IMG/VR virus record: IMGVR_UViG_3300029122_000292
DNA: 64,000 bases
Origin: a virus
Direction: 5' to 3' (one strand)
Position 1 is the first letter of the stretch; each line of letters begins with the position of its first letter. Shown piece by piece: positions 20,021-29,862 of this stretch. Below the pieces are notes generated by a model. That model searched no databases, was not told the DNA's origin, and saw only the letters and a list, made by a program, of their open reading frames with translations. The translations under genes and the position numbers were made by a program.

Positions 20021-20359
20021 ATGTATTTCAACTTCTTTTACGAGGACAACGCAGGGAATATCTTTGTGTTTGTCTACTATCGCGACGACCTTATCAACGT
20101 TGTGCATCTACGTGGCAATGAAAGCATCGAATCTGTGATGGATTCCTGTGATAGCGGCTGGCCGTTTGCTGATGAGTATAACCCTGAAAACTATGGCGGG
20201 TTGAGCATGACAGCGTTTCTTGACGAACTCGACATTATGGATGCGGAAGTTATCGCGGAGATCAATGGTCGCGAGCCGATTCTGTATCCCGCAGATATGG
20301 GAGCCGCAGGACGCAAGCTGTTTCAGAGTTTGATTGCGGAAAGGGGCGCAGCCGTATGA
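20021..20359 (+). CDS. hypothetical protein (112 aa)
   Basis: ORF 20006..20359 trimmed to ATG after GAGAGG. Confidence 0.5.
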   Translation: MYFNFFYEDNAGNIFVFVYYRDDLINVVHLRGNESIESVMDSCDSGWPFADEYNPENYGGLSMTAFLDELDIMDAEVIAEINGREPILYPADMGAAGRKLFQSLIAERGAAV

Positions 20360-20757
20360 TCGTCAGCGAGATCTACGAAACCATGGCGGGCGACCTCTAT
20401 GGTGTGGTTCTGAATGAGGATATCAAAATCATTCGGGTTGTCAAAATCAACGACCGCGAGCTTACCCCTGATTTTTTCCGGCGAGCAAGAATGGGATTCC
20501 TTACTGAGCATTCGTATGACCAGTTGCCCAAAGAAGAGATGTGGCGGTGTATTGAATCAAATTGCCGTCTGGTGGCGACCATCACAAACTGCCACGGATT
20601 TATCGTTCATGCAGACCACGATATGACCCGCAGCAGCCGTAAGATGTTTGGCAAGAGAGCGCGAATGAATTACGACCGCAGATACAATGGAGGCGATTAT
20701 GGTGGAACAATTCACAGTCAAGCCAACTACTGCCGCAAAGCAAACCAGTTCGCCTAA
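20356..20757 (+). CDS. hypothetical protein (133 aa)
   Basis: ORF track; ATGA overlap. Confidence 0.5.
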   Translation: MIVSEIYETMAGDLYGVVLNEDIKIIRVVKINDRELTPDFFRRARMGFLTEHSYDQLPKEEMWRCIESNCRLVATITNCHGFIVHADHDMTRSSRKMFGKRARMNYDRRYNGGDYGGTIHSQANYCRKANQFA

Positions 20758-20959
20758 AGCAATCGCAGTGTGTCCTATCTCGAATTTCGGCGGTTATGAA
20801 ATCTATGAATGTGACGATGAGCGCGTTCATGTAGGTATCAACAACGGCGATACAATCGAGGACTATGGGACACGCCAAGTCAAATATACGTCAAGCGGGC
20901 GTACGTACTTCAATCTGGGCGGACAGCGTCACTATATCGACGATTTTATCAGAGTTTAA
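20699..20959 (+). CDS. hypothetical protein (86 aa)
   Basis: ORF 20687..20959 trimmed to second ATG with GGAGG 6 nt upstream. Confidence 0.45.
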   Translation: MVEQFTVKPTTAAKQTSSPKAIAVCPISNFGGYEIYECDDERVHVGINNGDTIEDYGTRQVKYTSSGRTYFNLGGQRHYIDDFIRV

Positions 20960-20971
20960 GGAGAGCAGAAA

Positions 20972-21250
20972 ATGTCAGAATGGCAAGAGCTTTGTAGCCG
21001 CGCTATCTGGGTCACCGTTGGAATCTTTGTTGTTCCGTATGCTGGGCTTCAGATTGGCCGCGGGTTTTATTACCTAGATGAGTTCCCGCGATTCAATCGA
21101 GTCTGTCGGGGCTTGTATCGTGCGGTGAAAAATCTAGTGAGCGGCATCGTAGCTGTCTATCAGGATTGTCCGTGTGAATTCGTTCTATATACCACAGCGG
21201 TGATTGTAATCATTGCTGTTGCGATAAATAACGCGGCGGCACTCATGTAA
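20972..21250 (+). CDS. membrane protein (92 aa)
   Basis: Two hydrophobic helices. Confidence 0.5.
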   Translation: MSEWQELCSRAIWVTVGIFVVPYAGLQIGRGFYYLDEFPRFNRVCRGLYRAVKNLVSGIVAVYQDCPCEFVLYTTAVIVIIAVAINNAAALM

Positions 21251-21294
21251 GAGTACGCCACCACTACACACATCAAAAGAGAGAGGTAAGAAAA

Positions 21295-21714
21295 ATGTTG
21301 TTTTATCGTACTAAGCGTGAGGCCAACAACAAACCCATGTATCGCGGCAAGGGCAAGCGCAAGGATGAGGAAATTTGGAGTATCTACATCGCAGACGAGC
21401 TGTTCACCGAGGCCGAAGTCAAGCGGTTGAATCTGAATCTGGCTTACCTCGAACAGGTTGAAATCTCCCGGCGGCAGACACACCATCAGGGCTGTTATCG
21501 TGTGGCGAATTTTGACGCCAACATTACGGCTGTGAAACCGGTAAAGCAGGCTCCGGTCAAGATTCTTCCTAAGCAGGCCGAGATTGAAGTTGTCAAGCGT
21601 CTGAATGACCGGCGCGTATATAAGAAGCATAAGTGCCTTTGCCCCGACAATCGGCCGACGACCAAATTCGTTCGATACCATGTTGCAAATGATGCGGCGG
21701 TGGCAAACAAGTAA
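21295..21714 (+). CDS. hypothetical basic protein (139 aa)
   Basis: ORF track; GAGAGGTAAGAAAAATG. Confidence 0.55.
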   Translation: MLFYRTKREANNKPMYRGKGKRKDEEIWSIYIADELFTEAEVKRLNLNLAYLEQVEISRRQTHHQGCYRVANFDANITAVKPVKQAPVKILPKQAEIEVVKRLNDRRVYKKHKCLCPDNRPTTKFVRYHVANDAAVANK

Positions 21715-22366
21715 GAATTTCCAGCAATTTTCTACATACATAATGCGAGTCCAGATGATATTATAAACGAAGTTTTCGCAGAGGGAACTCCGGTAGTGTG
21801 AAAACGCACCGCCGGGGTTTAATGCGGCTACTGGTTCTGCAGAACTGGTACTGGTCCCAAGCCCAGAAATGCAATCGCAAGTGGCGCACATAGCGTCATG
21901 ATCGAAGCGGTTGCACAAACAGAAGGGCGCTCCACCGCACTAGTGAAATTTGATTTGATTTTGAAGCAAAGGCCACGCTGATAAATCAATGATAAAAGTA
22001 AACTAGAGGGTGTTACTTGAAGTGAGCGAAACTAAACGAAAGGAGGGTTTATAGCTTGAATTGTAAAATCAGTTACCGCTCGCTAGGAGTGGTCTTTGGT
22101 GCAAGGGTCGCGTCTTACTCCAATGAGAAAATTTTCATGGGATGGCGATACAAACTGTTTTGACGTTTAACTGAAACTTCCAAATTAAATAGAATTGACG
22201 TTGCAAGTGCTCGTTGCATCCGAGCATAAGTTCGCATCATACATACGAGTTTAGCGGTAGTCGCAAATAGGCGTAATCGACCTATAAGGTTCGCTATAAT
22301 GCGGGGCTAGGTGATTCCCGAACGGACAAGTTAAACGTATGTTAAGGATAAGAAACCGGGCGACTG

Positions 22367-22391
22367 GTGGTACCGGGGCAGACGTAACCAC
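22367..22391 (+). ncRNA. conserved hairpin element, copy 2 (stem GUGGU/ACCAC, loop ACCGGGGCAGACGUA)
   Basis: Compensatory stem changes relative to copies 1 and 3. Confidence 0.45.
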
Positions 22392-22444
22392 ATCCACCAC
22401 ATGCGTAGTAATGTAGTAAAGCAAAAAAGGAGGAAGTTGTAACA

Positions 22445-22714
22445 ATGATGGTACATATCTTAGATAATTCCTATTCCAAGCGAACCAAAGGTCAACCGTG
22501 GGTGATGTTCAATCGTTACAATGGGGATGTTTATAGCAGTCGTGAGCGTGCTATGAAAACGTTGACCGAAATGGCAAAATCGGTGAGTGCAGACTCGGAG
22601 TGCTATGACGTCGAATTTGATGCTGATGGCCGCAATCTTCATTATCGTTGGAAGAATTTGGACGGCGATGAGTTCGAACGCTATATTCAGATTGAATCAA
22701 GAGAAGTGAAATGA
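22445..22714 (+). CDS. hypothetical protein, paralog of 22730..23011
   Basis: Shared C-terminal region YDV..D.....YRWK......ER....I. Confidence 0.55.
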   Translation: MMVHILDNSYSKRTKGQPWVMFNRYNGDVYSSRERAMKTLTEMAKSVSADSECYDVEFDADGRNLHYRWKNLDGDEFERYIQIESREVK

Positions 22715-22729
22715 AAGGAGCACACACCT

Positions 22730-23011
22730 ATGAATGCACCTGTATATATCGTTGAGAATTCTTATTATATGCAGAACGATAAGTTCTCTTGGACTGAATA
22801 CGACCACAACATTCAGTCTGTACATAAGAATTTTGAGGGCGCCCTCGATGTCCTTCGTGCCATTTATAAGGAAGCAACTCAGAACCCAAATAATTACGAT
22901 GTGCTGATCGATAAAGAAGCAGCGGTTCCGTATGTGCTTTATCGCTGGAAGGGTGCAGAAAACAAACAGTACGAACGTTTCGCAGAAATTATTATTCATG
23001 ACCTGAAATGA
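22730..23011 (+). CDS. hypothetical protein, paralog of 22445..22714
   Basis: ORF track; tandem duplication. Confidence 0.55.
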   Translation: MNAPVYIVENSYYMQNDKFSWTEYDHNIQSVHKNFEGALDVLRAIYKEATQNPNNYDVLIDKEAAVPYVLYRWKGAENKQYERFAEIIIHDLK

Positions 23012-23026
23012 AAGGAGTTACGTAGT

Positions 23027-23362
23027 ATGGTTATCAACATGACTGAACTTTCTGTGGCGCAGTGGTCACTGAAGCAGCTCGATGCAGCTCGTAAGTTGTG
23101 TACGGATGGAGTTCTTCATGATGGGCCATTGCCTACAATTTCCCCTACGGACGCATCTATCAAAGTAAGACATATGGCATGGCAGATGGCCGAACAAATT
23201 GAGAAGTTGAAGCCGGAAGCAATCATCATCCAGGGTGAACCTGTTTTCGTGGCCACCTTCGTAAACAACTATCGTGACTTGCAGTGTTGCTCTCCTGATT
23301 ACGCTGAGTGTTACTCTCCTTGCTACGCTGACGGCAAGTTCGTGCAGTTCAGGAGGTTTTAA
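23027..23362 (+). CDS. hypothetical protein (111 aa)
   Basis: ORF track. Confidence 0.5.
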   Translation: MVINMTELSVAQWSLKQLDAARKLCTDGVLHDGPLPTISPTDASIKVRHMAWQMAEQIEKLKPEAIIIQGEPVFVATFVNNYRDLQCCSPDYAECYSPCYADGKFVQFRRF

Positions 23363-23388
23363 CGCTGTAGCGTGTAAGGAGTCCCTAA

Positions 23389-23591
23389 TGAAACCAGTAA
23401 GAGATAATCCTATCGAAGAAGGAATCGATGCTTTCTTTGAAGAAAAACAAAGACTCGAAGAAGAAAAGCAAAAACTCGAAAATGAAATTCGAGATTATGA
23501 ACAGAAATATTTAGATCAATATTATGATCAATTATACGAACAAGAGCTTTCCGAACTCTTGGATTTTTATAAGGAGATACTATATGAGTGA
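23389..23591 (+). CDS. coiled-coil small protein (67 aa)
   Basis: ORF 23274..23591 trimmed to MKPVRDN after AAGGAG. Confidence 0.45.
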
Positions 23592-23859
23592 TGCAGGACG
23601 TTGGAAGCTTGGTAAAGATATGCTTACCAGCGATACGATTCTCGATCCTGTCACGTTTGATGACCTGATTCTGGCTCTGAAATGCAACTACGCATATATC
23701 GGCGAAACAGCAGTCAGAACCCAGATGAAAGAAATTCTGGATCAGCGACTGGAAGATGTCAAATATCTGATCGAAAACAACATTGACGAGATCATTGCGC
23801 TGGCATCAGATGAACCGCTTGAGGACGCTGGCCACGATGATATTACACTCGAAGAATAG
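23584..23859 (+). CDS. hypothetical protein (91 aa)
   Basis: ORF 23524..23859 trimmed to MSDAGRW after GGAGAT. Confidence 0.45.
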   Translation: MSDAGRWKLGKDMLTSDTILDPVTFDDLILALKCNYAYIGETAVRTQMKEILDQRLEDVKYLIENNIDEIIALASDEPLEDAGHDDITLEE

Positions 23860-23868
23860 GAGTAAGAT

Positions 23869-24141
23869 ATGTTTGTTTTGACTGAAATTGTGGCCAATAA
23901 TGTTTCTGCATACGTTGGCAATATCCATGTATCAAACAATGTGGAAGAGCTTCAGAAAATTATGAATGCCGATTTTGACCACGATTTGAAAGAAGCAAAT
24001 GATCTTTGGATGGATTGCGGATCTAATCTCAATGATAAGCCACTGTCTATTTGTCACACATATTCTGCAAAAATCAAAACGTTAAAAGAATTCAAAAGCT
24101 GGTCGATTATGAAAGTGCAAGGGGAGGTGACGCAGTCGTGA
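23869..24141 (+). CDS. hypothetical protein (90 aa)
   Basis: ORF track. Confidence 0.5.
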   Translation: MFVLTEIVANNVSAYVGNIHVSNNVEELQKIMNADFDHDLKEANDLWMDCGSNLNDKPLSICHTYSAKIKTLKEFKSWSIMKVQGEVTQS

Positions 24142-24764
24142 AAACTGAAATCAATGGACAGCCCGCCGAACTGCTGTTCTATAACAATTGGATGTACAAC
24201 GTAGTCCGTATCCAGAACGAACTCAAGCGCATCTTTGAGAATGAAGGCGGTGAAATGGTACGGCGAGACCGTTATCAAAAGCCACTCCAGCTGCCGTCAA
24301 TTCCGACTTATGTGGTCAATCGCACGCTGAAAGAGCAAATCAAACAACTCGAAGAAAAGGTGTCATATCTGGAAACGCGCCCTATCAAATGCGTGGAGTC
24401 TTATCTTGATTACAAGAACAAACTGGAACGACTTCAGCAGATTCCAAATGAACCGATTTTAAAAACCGGCGCACATGATTTCGTCTTGGATGATATGTAT
24501 TACGGAATTCTGTTTGATGACAATATGTTTTTCGCTACATATTATGCAGTGGCGCATATTTCACACTCTGGTAATTACCGTATGGTTGCATATGATTACT
24601 TCAAAAAAATGACGACTGAGTGGAAATACGACTGCTTATATCGATATGATTGCAGTGAGACTGATATCAGAGAGATTGCTTATCAGATCTTCAATATGCT
24701 AATCAAACATAAAGCATTTCCAAAGCGCGGCAGTTCGGCTTATTTACATACAGTCACAATCTAA
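24138..24764 (+). CDS. hypothetical protein (208 aa), GTG start
   Basis: ORF 24051..24764 trimmed to GTG 24138, preceded by AAGGGGAGG and overlapping the upstream stop. Confidence 0.5.
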   Translation: MKTEINGQPAELLFYNNWMYNVVRIQNELKRIFENEGGEMVRRDRYQKPLQLPSIPTYVVNRTLKEQIKQLEEKVSYLETRPIKCVESYLDYKNKLERLQQIPNEPILKTGAHDFVLDDMYYGILFDDNMFFATYYAVAHISHSGNYRMVAYDYFKKMTTEWKYDCLYRYDCSETDIREIAYQIFNMLIKHKAFPKRGSSAYLHTVTI

Positions 24765-24782
24765 GAGGGGGTATGAAGTATA

Positions 24783-25055
24783 ATGAAATCAATCGAAGTT
24801 ACATACGATGTAGAAGTGTGGAATGGCAAAGCGTGGGAAACGGGTGAGGCTGCGACCAAATTGGAATTTATTGATGACGACACGGTTAAGGATCTTGTGA
24901 GATTCGAACACGCAGATACATCACAAATGGATTCAATCACCTATATGAAATGGCAAAAAATGGAGCAAATTCTTCGAGCAGTTGAATTTCTTCGTCGTAG
25001 ATGCTATGCTGAGCACTCTATCAAATCAATCAAGATCGTTGGAGGTGATAACTGA
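24783..25055 (+). CDS. hypothetical protein (90 aa)
   Basis: ORF track. Confidence 0.5.
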   Translation: MKSIEVTYDVEVWNGKAWETGEAATKLEFIDDDTVKDLVRFEHADTSQMDSITYMKWQKMEQILRAVEFLRRRCYAEHSIKSIKIVGGDN

Positions 25056-25471
25056 TGAAAGTATCAATCGAAGAAAAGCGTGCCGAAGCCATCAAGCGAA
25101 TGAAAGCGTTTGGATTCTTTCACGAAGCAATTGAACTGTTCGAGGCAGACGGTACACCGCTATCCAGTGAGCCGCCTTGGGGTGCATTTTACGTTCTGGA
25201 TGATAAACAGAAAGCAGCTGTTCACGAATTTGAAGAAGAGTACGGCGGACTTGTTTACAGTGTGATTCGGTCATTCCATAAGGAACTTGGCATCATTGAT
25301 AATTTGCTTTATGTCAGTGATGAAAAAGATGAATGGCCGATGGATTTGGACGACATTGAAAATATGTGTCCTTGTGTCTATGCTGTCAATTACAATACGC
25401 CAGAATTCAGCGAGTTTGGTTCGATCGGCGTGAAAATGGGTGCTGGAGCAGGGCTGATTCGCATTAGTTAA
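25055..25471 (+). CDS. hypothetical protein (138 aa)
   Basis: ORF track; ATGA overlap. Confidence 0.5.
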   Translation: MKVSIEEKRAEAIKRMKAFGFFHEAIELFEADGTPLSSEPPWGAFYVLDDKQKAAVHEFEEEYGGLVYSVIRSFHKELGIIDNLLYVSDEKDEWPMDLDDIENMCPCVYAVNYNTPEFSEFGSIGVKMGAGAGLIRIS

Positions 25472-25825
25472 ACTTCTTTAAGTGTTACTTAATTCACCCC
25501 ATACAGTTGTAAAATCTTCAAAAACCTGCGCTAACTCACTTGACTATAACATCATACCGTTGTATAATAGAAGCTGAAGAGCTATATATTTTGATCAGTT
25601 TGGGCGAATTGGTCAATATGCAACGAAATGTATATTTATTCAAATGTTCAATCATTCAATTCACAATTCAAAAAAATCAGAAACGAAATAGCGAATGGGT
25701 TTGGGCGAAGTCCAATCGCGAAGCGCCTCTGATTTGAAGCCGTGGCGAGCGATGAGCGAGTGGCGGCGAAAAAAATTTGGAAAGAGGATGAATTGAGATA
25801 ATGATGATGAGTTGTTAGTGATGTA

Positions 25826-25948
25826 AGAAAGAAGAGGATTATAGGAGATAATAGATAGAGAGTGTGAGAGGAAGGAAGAAGAGGAAGAAAGGAGAAGGAA
25901 GAGAGAAGAGAAAGAAGAGAAGAAGCGGAAGAGAAAGGAAGGGGAAAA
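25826..25948 (+). repeat. polypurine (GA-rich) tract; about 57 nt with no pyrimidine, about 120 nt almost pyrimidine-free
   Basis: GAGGAAGGAAGAAGAGGAAGAAAGGAGAAGGAAGAGAGAAGAGAAAGAAGAGAAGAAG... directly upstream of the lipoprotein gene start. Confidence 0.8.
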
Positions 25949-25953
25949 CCTTT

Positions 25954-26211
25954 ATGCGATTTCGAAAATTGTTTGCGGCGGCCGTACTGGCTTCTGCTCT
26001 GATGCTGACTGGATGCGGTGAAAAATCTGAGTCGGACGAAAATCTTCCCCGGGTCAAGTATGCCAAGGTCTACAACCCTGATGGTACGCTGTTGGTTGAA
26101 GGAGAGTATGAATCTTGCTACTATGGCAACCAGGTTGTCACGATCGAAATCGACGGTGTCAAGTATCAAACTGCCTATGTTAATGTAGTCACGATGTGGT
26201 GGTATGAATAA
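25954..26211 (+). CDS. small lipoprotein (85 aa)
   Basis: MRFRKLFAAAVLASALMLTGCGEKSE lipobox. The ORF-track N-terminal extension through the GA-tract is rejected. Confidence 0.6.
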   Translation: MRFRKLFAAAVLASALMLTGCGEKSESDENLPRVKYAKVYNPDGTLLVEGEYESCYYGNQVVTIEIDGVKYQTAYVNVVTMWWYE

Positions 26212-26239
26212 CTCCGGTAAAAGAAAGGAACGATAAATC

Positions 26240-26584
26240 GTGGAAGAAATCATAATGAAAGCCATTCCTGAGCACGGCGGAGTGTCGATGACTCGAGCCG
26301 AACAGGAAACCATTATCACGATCGGGGCGCTGGACAAGATTGCCGAGGTATGTTCTAACGATCCAATCTATTGGCGCAAGCTCGATGCTATGTGTGAAAA
26401 GTCTCCCGATGACTATAAGCTGACGAAGATTCATCGCACCAAGGACGGTTTGATTCTGTGCAAGTGGTACACAGTGCCGCGCAAACTGCTTGGGTTCAGA
26501 TCTTCACGTGTCTATACGGAAGAGCAGCGGGCACAGATTGCAGAACGATTCAAACAGTATCGAGAAGCGAAGGTCGAGCTTTGA
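26240..26584 (+). CDS. hypothetical protein (114 aa)
   Basis: ORF track (GTG start) or ATG at 26255. Confidence 0.5.
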   Translation: MEEIIMKAIPEHGGVSMTRAEQETIITIGALDKIAEVCSNDPIYWRKLDAMCEKSPDDYKLTKIHRTKDGLILCKWYTVPRKLLGFRSSRVYTEEQRAQIAERFKQYREAKVEL

Positions 26585-26847
26585 TCGCTTCCAGAATCAA
26601 TTCTTAGCCTGAAACGTCCTTATACGATAAGGGTTTCTCAGACATATAGTGATTCTGTAATGAAACTGCTATATCAGCACCAAATATGTGTCTACACCCC
26701 TTATTGCATAAGGGGGAAATGGCATAATATGAAACGAGGTGATATCGTGAAGGCATTCGATAACACATCTTAGGCGAATACACTCGTGGCAATCACCGCA
26801 AGACAGTTATCGTAAAACATCGAGATGAATACGTATTTCAGTTACGG

Positions 26848-26865
26848 CTGCCGGTTGACCGACAG
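26848..26865. promoter_or_regulatory. 18-bp imperfect palindrome CTGCCGGTTGACCGACAG (operator-like), copy A
   Basis: Half-sites CTGCCGG / CCGACAG (reverse complement CTGTCGG) separated by 4 nt; three copies in the window. Confidence 0.5.
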
Positions 26866-27289
26866 TTACGCAAAGGTAGGATGAGGTATCCCGGGGCGGA
26901 GGGGCCTGCTTTCAGCCTCTGAACGAGTCGACGGAGTCAGACCCAGAACCACTGAACGCCGAGCAAGGCGATTTGGTTGCAAAACGCCCGAAACTCAACA
27001 AAGTAGCTCATCAAAGTTCGACAGAAGCTCATCAATTGAACTCAATCAACGCGAGTTGAACGGGTACTGATCAACTTCGGGACCTTTTTAAGATCAATCT
27101 TGAGAGCTTAAAAGAGCAACAACATCATTTAGATCTCGATGAATAATAATGCATAAATATGCAGAAAGGACGAATAATATACAATGATTTATGCATAGCT
27201 AATTGAGGCGCTGCCTAACGCCTATTATAAATAAGGTAGTCGACAAAAATGACACAAAAAATATATTTAAGTTCTGTTTATAATGACAA

Positions 27290-27318
27290 TTGACGACACA
27301 GAGAAAATGTGTTATCAT
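27290..27318 (+). promoter_or_regulatory. sigma70-like promoter TTGACG-N17-TATCAT with TGn extension
   Basis: Read from sequence; 45 nt upstream of the Bro-N gene start. Confidence 0.5.
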
Positions 27319-27363
27319 CATTTCACAAACAGGACTTAAATATACATAAGGGAGGAAAAACAA

Positions 27364-28863
27364 GTGAATGAGAACGAAAACGTAGCGATGCAGCTGGCGA
27401 CCACAAGGAAGTTCGGCGAGCTTGAGATTCAGGTCTACGAGAATCCGGCGGTCGGTCACAGCAGGGTACAGGATGATTTCTGGATGACACGGGAGCAGAT
27501 TGGCACTGCATTGGAATACGATAAGCCGAATGAACGTATCGGCAAGATTCATCAACGTAACGCAGATCGTCTTGACCCACTTTCAACTTTGGTCAAAATG
27601 ACCAAGGTTGAAGGCAATAGAACGGTAAAACGTGAAATTATTTGTTACAATCTGCGTGGTGTTATGGAGATCTGCCGCTACAGCACCCAGCCTAAAGCGA
27701 ACGCCTTCATTGATTTCTGCTGGGATGTGATGGTCGCTCTGATGCAGGGCGAAACCGTATCTCTGGACAGAGGGAAGATGAGTGATGTAGAGTTGCGGCG
27801 ACAGGCACGCTTTGATGTTATGACTCAAGGCATTGAAGAACTTCGCCAGTCTCAGATTCAGCTTTGTTCTCAGATGGCCAAGATGGAAGAAAAGCGCCGG
27901 CAGGACAGGGAAGCTCTTGAGAATTTGATCCATTTCACAAAAGCAGACCTTGAGAAGGCAGAACGCATTGTGAGCAAGAACGACATCATTATCTCCACAA
28001 TTGAACAGATCAAGAAGCAGCTGGCAACGACTATCCAGCAGCCAACTTATCAGAATGGTTCTTATACTCCGCGTAAGACTTACATTCAGCCAGCAGAAAC
28101 TTCGTGGAAACATGACGTTAAGGAGATGGTGAGAAAAATCTCCCACATTGAGGGTGTGCCCCAAAAAGACATCTTTAACGGCATGTACAAAACCTTCGAG
28201 AAAGAGTTCGGATGGTCGGTATACGAAGAACGAAAGCTCTACGCGAAGAAAAAGGATATTTCGGATATTTATTCGATCCCGCTCATTGATATTGTGGAGA
28301 TGGCCAACGATAACATTCGGTCAAGTTTCTATTGCCGACTCAAGGATCGCTATGAGAACGATCTTTTTGATCCCGAGGAAGCAAAGAGGCAGCCGCATGT
28401 GAGCAAGCGAAATCCGCCGATGATCCCTGCCAGCATGATTCCTACACGGCATAAGTTTGAAGATTTTCCGAGTGTGTTGTCTCCTGAAAATCCGGGCGGC
28501 AATGATATCAAGGTTGTAGCAGAGGTTCAGGCAGTTGAAGTTGAAGCTCCAACGGTTGAAACGCCGGTGGCTGAAGCTCTGGTGGTCAAAGAACCGAAAA
28601 AGAAATACTACTACAAGCCGAGCATTACACTTCCGATCGTTGAACCCATTGCAAAAAAGCTGGGTGATAAGACGATTGGGTATTGGGTTACCTATGCAAA
28701 GATCTATGACACGATCGGCGTTGTCAAGATGGATCGTATGCGCAAGGCGTATGTACGTTCTCATAATAAGCCGCCCAAGGCTACTCCTGATATTTTCCAA
28801 CATTCTGATAAGAATATGAAAGTGTTTAAGGAAGCCGCAAAGATTGTGGCGGCAGCTATCTAA
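27364..28863 (+). CDS. Bro-N / KilA-C family antirepressor-like protein (499 aa)
   Basis: N-terminal Bro-N-like segment (FGELEIQVYEN...DFWMTREQIGTALEY...); GTG start after AGGGAGGAAAAACAA. Confidence 0.65.
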   Translation: MNENENVAMQLATTRKFGELEIQVYENPAVGHSRVQDDFWMTREQIGTALEYDKPNERIGKIHQRNADRLDPLSTLVKMTKVEGNRTVKREIICYNLRGVMEICRYSTQPKANAFIDFCWDVMVALMQGETVSLDRGKMSDVELRRQARFDVMTQGIEELRQSQIQLCSQMAKMEEKRRQDREALENLIHFTKADLEKAERIVSKNDIIISTIEQIKKQLATTIQQPTYQNGSYTPRKTYIQPAETSWKHDVKEMVRKISHIEGVPQKDIFNGMYKTFEKEFGWSVYEERKLYAKKKDISDIYSIPLIDIVEMANDNIRSSFYCRLKDRYENDLFDPEEAKRQPHVSKRNPPMIPASMIPTRHKFEDFPSVLSPENPGGNDIKVVAEVQAVEVEAPTVETPVAEALVVKEPKKKYYYKPSITLPIVEPIAKKLGDKTIGYWVTYAKIYDTIGVVKMDRMRKAYVRSHNKPPKATPDIFQHSDKNMKVFKEAAKIVAAAI

Positions 28864-29112
28864 GCTATCTACTTTCCTCCATTGTCCTTGGGACTGACAG
28901 CCGGGAAAGACCGGCATATATCCGGGTGTAGCGAAGCTGGTATCGCGCCAAATTTGGGATTTGGAGATTTCGCCCGTTCAAGTCGGGTCACTCGGACCAT
29001 GGTGCAGGGTCTTTCCTTTCTACCTGTGCCTATTGTGTGTATAAAACGGTTTCCATTAGACGAAACCGCGTGGCTGAAAATGCCGAGCAGGTACGATAAT
29101 CCTGCCTTATAT

Positions 29113-29499
29113 GGGCCCGAAAGGTTTTCGACAGGGCTATGAAAATTCACAATTCGCAGGTCGGCCATCACCTTACGAGGCAAAAAACAATAAACGCTAA
29201 CTACAATAGTTATCGCTGCGCGGCTTGATGCCGTGCCCAAAACAGCATCCTGATAGGCAGGTAAATGTTTGATGGTTCAAAGAATAAATCCCGGAACCCG
29301 ATGTAAACGGTAATAAACACCGGCGTTCTCGGACGCTAAAACCGAGTGGTGGAGTGATGTAACAAACCGTTACGTCCCTGGGTTTGCTGTGTTGGCGGCA
29401 TGAATTCCTTTCAAAAATTCTAAATGCTAACTATTGCGTAAGAAGATTGTGTACGAGTAATAGTTCTGGACGTGGGTTCGAATCCCACCGGGTCCACCA
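29113..29499 (+). ncRNA. ssrA: tmRNA (ssrA); putative tag peptide (A)NYNSYRCAA
   Basis: 5' GGGCCCG pairs with 3' CGGGTCC-A-CCA giving a G3-U70 wobble (AlaRS identity element); T-arm GGGTTCGAATCCC; internal reading frame starting GCT and ending GCG GCT TGA. Confidence 0.75.
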
Positions 29500-29862
29500 G
29501 TGGCGCAAGCCGCAAAGCTAGGTTCGATGCGACAGCGTAGTGTAGTGCGAGGTCGCTGGGGTGGCGCAATTCCACCGTGGATGCAATGCATTCATAACGC
29601 TTTGACCGAAATTGTGCGAACAGACTGCGACGGGGTAGCTCCTCGTGGAGTGAGGGTCTGGTGACAACATGAGTAGGCGATAGGATGACCTGCGAAAGTG
29701 GTCTAGTCAGTTTGGTGCCCGGACTGGCGGAGAGTGGATTTAAAAGGGCAGCCTTTGAGGATGGACTCTGGGGAAGACAAAATGTACCTAGTTGTATCTG
29801 CTGACGCGGTTAAGTCGCATTGCACATCGCCGATGCTGTTACATGGTTAAATCCTCCTCTCT

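Noticed and set aside
19479-20107. Minus-strand ORFs 19479..20018, 19565..20107 and plus 19669..19962
   Set aside because: They overlap 19506..20009, whose low-complexity QQAQQAQQ linker creates stop-free alternative frames.
25648-26337. 229-aa minus-strand ORF and the 25864 N-terminal extension across the GA-tract
   Set aside because: Translations are poly-Ser/Leu/Phe or poly-Arg/Lys/Glu from a homopurine run. The lipoprotein start at 25954 has a proper signal peptide.
29441-29499. Apparent stand-alone tRNA 3' half (GGGTTCGAATCCCACCGGGTCCACCA)
   Set aside because: Its acceptor partner GGGCCCG lies 380 nt upstream. Together they form the tRNA-like domain of a tmRNA rather than a tRNA.
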